Shown piece by piece: positions 38,985 to 51,443 of a DNA stretch of 64,000 bases. The stretch spans positions 4,178,228 to 4,242,227 of the forward strand of contig NW_019091357.1 of assembly GCF_001949145.1 (NCBI RefSeq), given 5' to 3'. The notes under the pieces were generated by a model that saw only the letters and a list, made by a program, of their open reading frames with translations, ran no database searches and was not told the origin of the DNA. The position numbers and the translations under genes were made by a program. This stretch comes from Acanthaster planci (taxonomy: Eukaryota). Numbering within the stretch: position 1 is the stretch's first letter; every line of letters begins with the position of its first letter.

Positions 38985-41900
38985 GATTGCTCATTAGACA
39001 CACGTAATACCTACGCTAAGGAGATTCAAACCTGCAATAAAAAGACACGTAGGCCTACTGCCTCTTGTCATTTGTTTCAGTCTTAAAGAGTACATAACAA
39101 AATGAAACAACTTTTTATGAAATCGCTTTTGAAAAGAACACTGGTAGGCTTCTTCATAGTCTGGTATTCCCACTATGACGTCACTTCGGTGCTACTTGTA
39201 GCCAGTCTGTGATGGAACAAGGCAAACGTCCTTCTCTTGCCAAGTTCTTTGCCCGCGTCGTTTTTTTGTTGTGTTCGTCTCAACAGCAGATATCCGTTTC
39301 TGTTTTACGACGCTCAAAATAATGAGAGCTCCACCTCTATACATTTGCACACATTTCCTGTTTTCTAAAATTAATACATCCTGCTGAACGGACGACGGCT
39401 CAGCTTGGGGTAAATACAACACATGATCATTCACCAATTACCCATCGTGTAAAACGGTACCACATTTTCTACCGTACAGGTTACTTTTGAAGTTTTATAA
39501 TGCCCCAAATAACTGGACACTATTCGTGGCGTGCGGGATCGTTAATGATGCGTTCCCGATTAAGCCAAGGAGACCAAGGGAACTCGTTTCCAAAGGTGGA
39601 CTAAATTTCTTGCGGCCCTTCTCTGTATATGAAGAGAATCCTTTTACTACTAAGCTACATAAACAGTTTGCGTGTCCTTGTCAGGCGGAAACATCAGGTG
39701 TTTACATGTATTTCTTTCATTATTATCACCAACATGATTAGTCTCTTCTTCCAAACCGAGGTTTCATTTGGGCGAAATCTTCAGTATGGTGATCGCATAT
39801 CCTTTTCGTCAAATAAAAGTCTCACTCAGACTCTCAGTACGACACATCCGCACCCCCAGCCACGGCGTGACTGTAAATTACTTCTCCCGGGAGCCACATG
39901 GTAAGATACATGCCGACTAAAATCTTGCTCAGACGTACTAGGGCCGAAGTGAAATAGTTATGTCCGAGGCGAAAGGAAAACTCTTATCACCCCATTTTGT
40001 TCAAGGCCTAGTCATGGTCCAAGCAATCATTTAAGAAATAGGCCTATTTTGAGATAAACCACAGAAAGGTGGTACTTTAGGAACCATTAAATACGCCACT
40101 GCAACACTCTCGATATCCGTAGGGGAATAAATCCGGCGTCACCCCAAGGGTTAATGTTATTTAATACCACCTTTTTCAGGTTGGTAACTTGTGATTTCCG
40201 ATGACTGTAAGTGAACGTCAGCCAAGCCATAACATGGGAAACCAATCCCCTCACCTTCAATGAAGGGCAGATCGACGAGGATCCCCGAAACGATTTTAAA
40301 AAGTGTTGTCGTATATCACGTCTTGAGATGAGAATCGGCCGAGCACCCAAGGTCGGACTTGCACGACTGCACGTGCGACACTTCCCCCCAAAAGATTTAA
40401 CGGGGGGACTTGTAACCCAAATCACCCAGGCGCATCCTCGGCCTTGGGGCGGCAGAGAGAAAAAAGCTCACAGGTGACGGAAAGAGTTGTTTTCATTCCT
40501 TTGTAAGTTTGTGCACCCTTCTTCGAGTCTGTACATGTCTCACACAAACTTCAGGTTTCTATTATTACAGTGTGTCATTATAAGTCCAGGTGTGCGGCCG
40601 ATGCGGGAATTAGACCGGACGGGAATTGATACAGACTCGTCCAAATAACCCCTTCGGGGGGAAATATTTTTCCCTGTACATGTCCCTTTTTTCTGACATT
40701 AATTGGCGCTTGGTATTGTCCGGAGACGGGATATGCACCTAGTTACAAGAGCATCTTTTTCTTATAATTTGGGGGAAGATGACAAGGAGCCAGACGGTCG
40801 TCCTTGGGGTGGGGGCAGATCAAACGCAACCAGCAGACATGCCCACTGAATCATCGAAGGACACTCTTAAGCACAGGGGGTGACAGCTGCATATTTTGCT
40901 TGAGAGCGACGAAGGAACTTTCAATCAACAACAACCAAGCAGCCGAAGAAGGTGCCCCATGCATCGAGGTTCAACTGGTACTGAAATAGCCAATACCAGT
41001 CCTGCTAGAAACTGCGTCGAGTCTGTAACCACAGTCACTGTCTCTCAAACCCCACCATACTGCAGACTGAAATCTTTAACCCGTATTTTGAACACTCCAT
41101 GCGTAAAGTTTATCAATAAAGATGTCGATGTGAGAGGGAAAGGCCAAATCTTTCAGGCTATTGCTGCAGCTCAAATAAAACGGTTTGGCGCACATTGTGC
41201 GACTTGATAGATAAGGACGAATTTATATACTTGAGTCATGTCTAGCTTCTTGCTTGGATTCCCTCCACTGAGCCTACGATGACCACCTCAGATGATTTAT
41301 GTCTTTCCCACGTTGAAAGAAAGCGTTTGCTGCAGACGTCGCCATGCAGATATCTGTAGGGCTTGAGATATCTTGTGCCTTCCTGCCAAAAAAAATATGG
41401 GTCGCAGACATATTTTTATCTTAAAGAGATTTTTTCCCATCCACGACAAAAGTCAACTTTAGTTTTACTCGTTACTGGATACGTTCTTGCCACATGTACT
41501 TCCAAGTAACAAAAAGCAACACAAGTTCTGACTCTCCACAAGAGTGATCCTACGTACGGTACCACGCAGAATATTATTGTGCAAATGTAATATATTTACT
41601 GCACACGGTAGTCTCAATCTGGGGTCATTCACACTGCCAAAGGTGGGCGGGGCACATTTACACGTGGTTTTCTTACACGCTGTACATGTACTGCTGTGCA
41701 CTACTGAATGCACGTGTTTGCGAATTGGGCACACTACTACCGGAAGTGCAGCCTTCATGCTCTATGGCAACGTCAACCCGCATCGGCGCGGCGCGCAGAC
41801 ACCGTGCCGATCAGATTGAACACCCACAAACAAATGACAGGTGCGTTCCAGATCTTTCTATGAATAAGTGACACTGATACGCACCGCATACTTTTGATAT

Positions 41901-42089
41901 CATTAAAACACCTGTTCGTCTAAAAATGCAATAAGGGAATGGTGAACTGGTGAGTTTCCCTTTCATAAGATCAACACATGTTGCATACAATCCGCAGAGG
42001 GCAAACAGCCAACGACAGTTATCTTGGTAATCTCACAACACGTGCTTCCCTCGTTGCCCTACTCTGGAATAATTCACCATATGATACGG

Positions 42090-42420
42090 CGGCCACTTCA
42101 AGATAGTGTCATCCAGTGAAATCTTTGCATCATTTTCCCCGAGGAAACTTGTACGCTGCTCTTGCAGATCATTTATGTTGAATACAAGCGGAGTGCCTCG
42201 ACACTAGAGTTCCTAAATTATAACACTGGCAACCACACTTCGAAGTTACGCATCCGACCTCCACTCCATCAAACATCAACTCATTTTTGTCTGTAGCATG
42301 TCGACACCAGTCTTGCAGAGTTTCTACCATCCAGTTATTTTACCTTACGAACAACCCCAACTGATATATCACATTTCCAGACTAGTCCCATTCCAGTTTG
42401 CTTTCTTTAAAAAGGCAAGC
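42090..42420 (-). mobile_element. Decayed non-LTR (CR1/L2-like) RT fragment
   Basis: Minus frames give FLKKANW...GKITGW, then DG...KCGCQCYNLGTL, then VFNINDL...KISLDDTIL. This is the expected order KAFD / G..L.W / GVPQGS.LGP / YINDL / FADDT, but heavily mutated. Confidence 0.4.
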
Positions 42421-42702
42421 TGAAATTGACAGTTTAAGTTAAGTTGAAGTTTAAGCAAGTTATGGAAGATAACTTTCTTGACTTCAACATCAGCTAAGTG
42501 TAGCTAAACTTCCTTCTGCAGGATCAGACAACAACAATACTGCTTTGAAGCTTCACGGGTTTCAGAGGGGTAAAACCTAAGGAAAAATGAAAAATTCAAA
42601 TTCCTGAAGAACCTCTATCTCACCAACTTGTCCAAAAGACTTTCAAACTGTCCTAAATTTGTGTTCTAACCCCCCCCTGCATAATTACGTAAAGTAAATC
42701 AA

Positions 42703-42816
42703 GGGGCCGACCATAAAGTAGGTACGCACGAAATGCCGGCATTTCAGACCCCCCTCCCCCGTAAGCATGATGTACACCCCCCCCCCGTCGTGCGTACGTA
42801 CTTTGTGGACGGCCCC
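42703..42816. mobile_element. 114-bp MITE with GGGGCC termini (Zator- or PIF/Harbinger-type)
   Basis: 28-bp TIRs ggggccgaccataaagtaggtacgcacg / cgtgcgtacgtactttgtggacggcccc match at 25/28. Flanks CAA/TAA are consistent with a decayed TWA TSD. Confidence 0.8.
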
Positions 42817-44504
42817 TAACGGCTGGGCTACTCTGTCGATAAAGAGTAGGCCCCATGATAGAGACAGAATTTCCATATGCTTGCCGCGGACATAAAAACC
42901 AGACGGCGCGACCCCCAGCCGTCCGCCAAGCCCGTCCGGCCCCTTTGACAACGGCACAAACATGCCGGGCAGCGGCCTAACCGCACTGGGAGGATGAGTC
43001 ACTCCACCCCGGCCCGACTGGACAGGAAGTCTTACACAATAACATCGAGCGTTTTCACTTGAGACGGAAGCGATTGTTATGCTGTTGCATAAATAGTTGT
43101 TTGTAGCGCTCATTCACAACGATTTAGCGGATAGCGTGATTCCTGCGGTATAGTTTTCATTTTTACCATTCACAACCGAAGTGTCAATACATTTATTATC
43201 TCGCCAATGATTCAGCCGCCCACGTTTCTAGCAGTCGGTTAGGAGGGCAATCACTTGGGCCCACAGACCGAATAACGAATACGATGCTATCGTTTTCAAG
43301 GTCATCACAAAGTGAACCAAACGCTAGCGAGGCCAGTCCCTTAGCGCAAGTTTCTGTGTCCCAACGAATGAATTGTGTTATATTCCCAAAATTCATGTCT
43401 AAGTTACAGCCTGCCTCTATTTCCAAATTACCTGTTGCTACATATTTCATCTCTCCTTCCCGGCAAAAAAAATTTCGGTTTATCTTCAACAAGTTAATAA
43501 TAAAATGCACCTTTACAATTTACACACGGTTTAAAATATCTCGAGCCGAGTCACCATCGATTCAGAATAAAGTTCTCAGTTAGTCTGATTTCAAGTCGCT
43601 AATTATGATAAACAAGACTGCATGAGCGACTGACGCCATGCACTCAGCCTTCCTTGGCTCAAAGTTTCTGACCCAGCGCTTGTCACTGTAATGAAATGTT
43701 TTTAGACACTTGCGCCCCGAGCGTCCCGCGCGATGTCTCCCTCGTGTCTCCATCCCTCGTCTCACTTACCGGAGCTGTGTCGCTGATAACATAAGGCAGA
43801 AATCGAACGGCTTCCCAACAACTTCCGTAATGTGATCAATCGGGGAAGCGAGTGGGGAAACTATTGCCACGCGTTGGGGCACCCCATGTCTGGTCTGCGC
43901 GAGACACGACCATGCTCTTTATCAATTTAGAGTGGAAGTGAAGTCCGTTGAGCATGATGAGACAAGACTGCAGACTGATGGGGGGGGGGGTTGAACAGAG
44001 CGAAGGAACATTCTCTTCTTTTACACCACTCTTGAGAATTTGGATAAGCAACACAGAATGGTAATGTTTAGGGGGGAAGGAAGTTGGCAATTTTGAAGGA
44101 AAGGCACAAAAGGCTCTGATTTTGATCAATTCCAATTAATGCCTATTTTAGATTAACACATGCATGTTGCAGTGGTAATCCCCGTCCTTTGTGTAAATTG
44201 ATTAAAATCCTATACATCATATCCCCGGTTGTCTGTCTTCTGGGTGATATACTGTGTTTTTCATTATATAAATTTATATACATATATGTGTGTACATTCT
44301 ATTTTTGGACAGCTCCGCTTTTTTCTCTTGAAAGTTGAAACTGCCTTGAGAGTTTTGAGGATTAAAGACCATGTTTTGTTACTTGTTGATTGACACACAG
44401 AACGAGGAAACGCGGCATTTGTGCTAGCTAGCCATAGTTACAGGACGTCTTATCACAGAAGTAAATTTGGGATCCGGGCTATATTAGGTTCCCCAGACTA
44501 GCAA

Positions 44505-44570
44505 CATATCATGGCCGATTGCACTGAAATTTCGGTTTTCACAAGCTATCGAGGGTTCGAACTTGTGAGC
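44505..44570 (+). mobile_element. Possible degenerate tRNA-derived SINE head
   Basis: A-box-like TGGCCGATTG (44512) and B-box-like GGTTCGAACT (44554). A second, reverse B-box-like word at ~44588-44598 makes the orientation ambiguous. Confidence 0.25.
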
Positions 44571-47379
44571 GTACGTGCAGAATCCCAGGAGTCGAATCTA
44601 TTTTCATCGGTGAGGTTAAACCGTTGCTGATAACTGTCCAATCTAATCGCGGCTACATCGAGACGGCGAATTCCATAATCGTCTGAGAGTTTACTCTCCA
44701 CGTTATTTCATTAGTGATACTTATTTTTGTCAACCACAGAAATAAGAACGACAGAGGTTATTAGAATAGCAAGCAAGAAAGGCATACAACATGGCGGTGT
44801 TTTGATTTAAACCAGGTGGTTTTTATCCGCAAAATCGGTAATCCGTTTATCGAAAGCCGAACCAATAAACAATGTCTTATCGGCAAAGCCGATGTGAGAG
44901 GTTGCAGTTTTTTACCTGCGCTGTGTCTTAAGAAATTGGGTAAACTTGACCACCTACGCGTTCGGTGATGGGGTGGGGCAGAAACCACCATTCACACAAA
45001 GTTCGTTGCAGGTGTTATAAAGAAGGTGTGAAATCCCAATGAGGCCAATCACTGTTACCGTACACCGTTAATTATTGAGCATTATCCGGCGAGAGCAAAC
45101 GTGCGACAGGAGAAAAAACATCTTTTTAGACGGTCCAGAGAAATGTCACGGAAGGTGAACACGTACAAGCCACAGCTTTTATCAAGGCATGATGAAGCTG
45201 GTCTCGTGCACACTGACAACGACGCCCAAAAGACGTACACTGCGTTTTGCCTCTGTCTTAATCAAAGAAAGGGGTGACTGTCGTACTGGTGTTGAGGACC
45301 CTCACAGAATGTAGTAATAGGACCAGGAGACGCTGCACAACTACTATACGCTGCCCGCGGAATTTGAAGAAAAAGACCAGAATTTTCCATTTGACCAAAA
45401 AAATTCAGGTTGGTAAAAGTTTTCATGACATAGGATCAGTACTATATCTTCAATAATCGAGAGTGATAAATTATGGGAGAATCACGGAAGTCGCAAAATG
45501 AAACCTTTTTTGCACGTCGCCGGAGACAGACTTACGGTAACGAGTACCGCAACCAATGCGGCGAAAACATGAGGAGCCCACGCAGCATGGGTTCAGGAAG
45601 ACAATCCAATTCAAATCAAGTTCAATGGTGTGCAGAGTTGCGCAGGTAACACTCTACTACACGTAGAGTCCTCCTCCCCTCCCAATTTGTCAACACTGAA
45701 CAATCATTATTACGAGCACGGAAATTGAGCCGTAAATCTACGTCTTCGCAGCGAAGGCCGCTACGATAATTCCACAAAGCGATGCTGACGTCGATGGACT
45801 TCTCCGAGAGGTAAACACAACCGGTGGACAGTCGCCTGACGTGACTTTGGGACAAGAAAATTGCATTATGTGCCCGAACAAACGGGCCATTTTAGCACCT
45901 TTGCTTTAAACTTCTAAACACAGCGAGGTCATGAATCAAAAGGTGTTCCCGTCTTATACCCCCCCCCGGGCCGGGAAGAAACATTGCACCTGAATAGGCA
46001 CCCTTTACAACACCTGAATGTGTATGGCCTGTATGTACTTTCTTCGTGCGGGGTCCATTCAGGCCAGTGAAAACACGCAATTAGATCAGACCCGGTAAAT
46101 CCCTGGGCTTTTACCTCTAGCGCAGTTGTTTTCCTGACCCTAACACCATGCCTCCGTGCGGGCATTTCTTTGGTGTTTGACCGAGAAGAGCTAGACCTTG
46201 TAATCAAAGATTGGTGACCTGCTTTCTGCCTCGCTAACTAGTCTCTGTTTGGGAAAGGCTAGGCCCGTACTTGACTGTCAGAAGGGGATCACAAACCTTC
46301 TAAGTTCTAATTTAGATGACGGCTCTGATGAGTTATCTGAATATCGCATCAGTGCTCAAGAGAGATGTGTGCCCACTACAATATGAAGTGCCTCATCATA
46401 AACCGCCGCAAAATGTCTGTAATTCCAATTGATCGAAGTATTCTGGCCACACACTTAAGTAGGAAAAAAGACGCTGACAAGCACCACCAATAACCAACTT
46501 AAATCGGCATTACATTCAGAGTGTGTTATGTGATTTCCGGTTACACACCTCCCGCGTTTCATATTCGGTTGCAACGTTGGCATTTTTTGTAAGTGATAAA
46601 TTGAGGAAGTCCCCAATCCCCAGGCCTGTTGGCCGACCCTGAACTAATTCAAAATGTCCGAGGGACGACTCCCTTATCGCCCGGTACCGTCTGCCGAATC
46701 ATTGGTACCTTTTTCAACTCCAAGTAAACAACCGAACCGCATTCGACCTGCAGTGGGATCAAAACGGATGTTTTCGTTCAGTGGAAGCTTCTTACAGCGG
46801 AAAGAGTATTTAATATGTTTATATTCGACGATGAGAACGCAGGCCCATCATGCTTCGTAGTTTGGAAACCTGATTAAATGATTTCAACAGATTTGTCTAA
46901 GGCTTGGCCTGTGGGTTGACATGTTTCTACACTGAGGTCACGTCACACACCAAGTGTTTCTTACCAGGGGAAGCAAGGTATTAAACTAAGTCATATTTGC
47001 TTGGTCTCTTGTTATTTTTGCCTACTACATACGAAACAGTATGTCCTACATTTCGGGAATTGTAGCTATATTTTAATTCATTAAATACACTTATACATTT
47101 ACCCTATTACCATTAAAATTACAAACATTCCCTGGAGGTGTATTTTGAAATCCAGCGGTTGAATCCAATGTCTATCCAAGTCATGATTAGGTTTAAGCTA
47201 AACAACCGATTTACAGCGTTTGAGCTACAGTGGAGTACGTTTTGAGAACGAATACCTCAGACATACATGTACGTACACCAGACAAAATGTACAGCAATAA
47301 GAATCGCTAATTGCCTCTCTCATGCCTTGTACAGAATGATGTGGTCCACACTCATACAGTCTCACCCTCACACAGGCTA

Positions 47380-47900
47380 CAGGTGGAACTTAAATGCAGC
47401 TGGTTATTGTTGCAATACAAACAAAGCTATTTGAGTCTTGAGTCACACCGTTTGGGGTACACGCTGCGAAGTCGGGGGGTGTTCGACGTACCCCTTCAGT
47501 TACGCCACTGCTTGTCGTAAGAATGAGATTTCCCAAGAAAAGGCCACAGCTATTTGATAAAACGGTCGTCAAACCACTCTCAAACAGTGGGGTCAAGCAT
47601 GGTCAAAAAGCTTCAACGTAACAGCATTACGTCCAGGGGAAGAAGAACACCGGAAACAGCGGCCATTTACATCCAGTTCTGGCCAAATATAAATAATCTG
47701 CGGTTGGACTCGCGGTGGTCATCGAGAACTTTTTTGTTACGGAACCAGAAGTTTGCTACAGACTGCCTCCCATAAAAAGAGGAGTCGCTGCAAAGGGACT
47801 TGGACAGGATGGAAGAAAAGGCTGAGCGGTGGCATCAGGAAGGATGGGCATCAGTAAACGTGCGGTATTGGGACGCAATTTGGAATAGGAAACGCATGTT
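47380..47900 (+). mobile_element. Decayed CR1-type LINE reverse-transcriptase fragment
   Basis: Motifs in order: HRLGYTLRSRGV; SQTV...ITS...NINNL; in-frame KFATDCLP*KEESLQRDLDRMEEKAERW (47749-47832); then ISKRAVLG in another frame. This matches CR1 RT H.RL..KL...GI / YINDL / FADD / LQ.DLD.L..WA..W / SKC.VL. Confidence 0.65.
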
Positions 47901-48014
47901 TCTGGTCGTTGTCAGCAAACGTGCAACCATCCCGTGAAACAAAGTCAAACTTACAAAAACCAAATATCTATGATATATGAGTGCGGTGGTGAGAGAAATT
48001 TTCTCAGGTTGCAC

Positions 48015-48144
48015 ATGGAATGTTCAATTCCACGTGACGAAGCTGGGTGGAATAGAACATTCCATATGTCATCGAATGAAATTATTCCGTCCATTACTAA
48101 TCCTAAACATTTATTCTATCGTTTGCAGTTAAAAACGATAGAAT
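48015..48144. repeat. Twin stem-loops, possibly the end of a Crypton-like element
   Basis: 19-bp arms at 48015-48033 / 48047-48065 (1 mismatch) around a GTGACGAAGCTGG loop, then a perfect 12-bp inverted repeat at 48113-48124 / 48133-48144. Confidence 0.6.
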
Positions 48145-51100
48145 CGGTCCTCCTTCGTGAAAATAGCAGATCACATTTCGTTCTGACATGCCCGGTTTAC
48201 TTCTGACAACGCAACTAGCTGCACTTGCTAGCGCATGAGATTTTCGAGAGACAGAGACGCTTGGTGTCAGCTGAAAGTTAAGTTACTTTTGGTCAGGCTG
48301 ACTCACTGGGCGAGGGTTTAGAGTTAGAGGGAGGGGTGAGGAAACGCTAAGCCGCCCCTGTCTAACAGACGTTAGACACATGTAATTCTCCATTGGGCCT
48401 AAATTCTAAATTATGATTTGATTGCCGCCTTTGAAATATACTATTCCTTTCCTCTGATTTATCCTTTTTTCTGCAATAAAAATGGGACAAAAATGCACGA
48501 AGCCGCAACGCTTTCGAAACTGCTTTTTTTCAGATACATCATGAAAACCAAAACAGGCCATGCGATGCTACATAGTTGATTTAACAGGTCTATTGCAGCT
48601 ATCTGTAAAATGATATCACCCGTACAACTCCAGTTTCTAAAGAACGTTACCGGTAATTATAGACGTACGTATTTTCTCAGAGATGGTTATCTGTAAGCTG
48701 TAACACATGTATTAACGTTTTGTTAGTAATATACATTTTAAAAATGCTCCATCACCATTTCTTGCCCACAGATCTTTTGGCATTCATTTCGTACTCAGAT
48801 TCTTTGACATTCAGCCTATACCCTTAACGTGAATGTACAATTACCAGGCTTAAGTCTTTATACTTCGCAAATGGCCTTTGGTCTGCGGACTTTGGTACAA
48901 AATGAACTACGTTATTGGAGTTAATGTCCATTCAATGATATGCTTCGCTGTATGAGGGTGGTCGCTCCAAACCACTTTGATTATTTTAACCGTTCTCAAC
49001 CGCAGACCACCGCGGCCTCAAGAGCACCAATGATTTTGCTTGAACACCGGGTTAAAAGTTCAATCGTACAAATTCTCCCAACCACATAACAACTACAATG
49101 TATTGTGTTTCCAGTTTACACACAGTTGTATAACACCACCCGAGTACATTTCGTATTACATGTATATGATCATAAAATCATTACCGTCGAAATACGCGTC
49201 TTTACAACCAACGGCCACATAAATTCATACACCTTTTCTTGCACAGGGCATAGTCGATTTTCGCACGTGACACGCGACACCTTACCATGTACCCACCAGC
49301 TTGAGCTACTGACATCAATAAAGTCATTTTTTATGTAATAATTTTAACAAACATGGGTTTAACAGGCCTTTGTCAAACTGTATGCGGCAACTAAATGATT
49401 TAATAAGTTTCTGCCCCATAAAAGCATGTGCCTATGCCTGTGAGGGAAAAAATTATCCATGTTGAAAATTTATTACGTTTACAATGATGCAATATTATAC
49501 GGCACAACTGGGCACGCCTTCGGCCTTTTTGGAAAATAAGCGTAGTTTTGCCCCTTCGAGTTACAATCGCTCCGCCTATTTCATGTTAGCAGAACGGTGA
49601 AACATGGATCCCACGGAAGAGGCTCATTGCGGGGGTCACCGATCTCTTTGCCGTTAGTACACACAAGGTTCCGTGCTGTGTACGCAGGCATAATGGAGAG
49701 GTATACACCGGAGGCGGGCAGACCCGGAACGCGGTCCCAACAGCAAAGATGTTCGTTAATACCCATCCATATCCATCGTGTGTGTATACACAGGGTCCAA
49801 CACCGTCCGAACCAATTCATTAGGATTTCGCGGCTTAGGTTACAGACTCGGCTGCCGAGTCCCGTTGAACTGCAGCATTGATAGTATATGATCTGGAAGC
49901 GTCAATTAAGGAAATTGCACTCAGTAGACGGCGGCGAATGGGGCTTCTGCTTGCGTGACGAATCGGTTACCCCGGTTTAACTCCGCCGTCTTGAATGAGC
50001 GGGGACAGTTCGATGGAGCGAGTCAAGCGAGCAACCCTATTTTTTTCTTCAAACCACGCGTGCTATGAAAAGTGGAAACAAAAAATTTATCAAAAGCGAT
50101 ACTCCATTCTCGCCTGTCTGTATGTACCCCTCCTCCTATGACTATCATCCACGATATTTTGTATACTCTCCCCATGCCAAATACTAGCGTTCTATCATTA
50201 ATTTCATCTCATGCAGAGTCAAGAAATACCAAATAGTCTTGTCTGATCATGCGAGGCAAATGCCAGCTGAATGGATAAGGTGGAATACGATGTCTCGATA
50301 GCAGAGCTGATGTATCAGGTTTTTCCTCGTGCTTTGAATAGTGCATTATAGGCCTACATGGCCAACTGCTGCATTTATACTATCATCAGGGGCGGCCAGG
50401 ACGTCATAATTGGAGCAATGCCAACACTCGGATGGATGGCGGGCATTAGCTTCCAGTTACTCAGTTACTTGTATATAAATTTCCAAGCTGATGCTATTAT
50501 TGCGCCTTTCGAATTGGGAAGCTCAGAGCACTTGTTTCCGTAAGGAATCCTCAACCGAACTAGACGGCCGTCACAGGCAAAGGCGACTGGTGGGTCATGG
50601 AAACACCCCCATCCTAAGTTCGTACCTCGCTCAGACCTGTCGCGAGACCAATCGCCCATTCCCATGTCCACAGCAGCACATCGGACTAAGCGCTTAATGT
50701 CCTTCGGGGATCCGTGCGGGCACCCGGTGATATCATTTTCATGCGCGCTGTATCTTTTAACGTTCGGGAAATAATCCGCACACGAGGCCGGGAGCCCATG
50801 GAATTCCCAAACAGCCCGAAACCAAAAACCTTGGGAGGGTGAAGTCACGCGGGCCTGCACCTTTCGAGGCTTGGCGCGCCGAGATCAGTTATTCAATTAA
50901 TTAGGTACAGGCGAATCAAGAGATGAATATACAGGTAGATGGACCTTGACCCGGCCATGTTGTTGAAGTTAAAGGTCAAGCCTCTTCAGCTATTTATTAC
51001 ACCAAAAGACAGAATATCACTAAGCAAATGCCATCAAGGAAATTGAAGCGGCAATCCGAGATCGGACTAATATCGTGATACATTGTAATTTTACTAATGC

Positions 51101-51424
51101 AACAAGCGTTGGTTTGTATTAGTGCGGTAAAACAGAATTATATATGAACTGACTTTTAGACGTACGTGTGCTGTTTTGCAAAATGTACATGTATATGCAG
51201 AGGTGAAACGCCAATATTGTCAGCAGGTCAATTCGAGAGGGCAAACAGTGATCGTTAAGTTTTACGATTATTTTTGTCGGACCGGAATAGCGAGATGTCG
51301 CGACTGCGCTGGCGGGGAGAGGGCAGAAAGCATGGGTCTCTGCTACGGAACGTTAGGCAAGGCGACAGCGCTTCGCGTTCGGCAAGTGGTCCAGTCGCTG
51401 CCAGGAAGATGACGTCACGTTTTA

Positions 51425-51443
51425 CAGCGCCCTCCAGCGGCCA
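51425..51443 (-). promoter_or_regulatory. Strong CTCF motif, adjacent to a CRE palindrome
   Basis: Reverse complement TGGCCGCTGGAGGGCGCTG is close to the canonical 19-bp CTCF consensus. TGACGTCA lies at 51410-51417. Confidence 0.5.

Noticed and set aside
39192..39245. EKDVCLVPSQTGYK near a TAGTCTGG word, resembling RecQ motif I
   Set aside because: It lacks the PTGxGKS core and points toward the putative terminus, so it is probably coincidence.
1137..41312. Scattered Su(H)/CSL GTGGGAA sites (about 11 seen)
   Set aside because: The count is close to chance for a 7-mer on both strands of 64 kb, and I saw no paired-site (SPS) arrangement.
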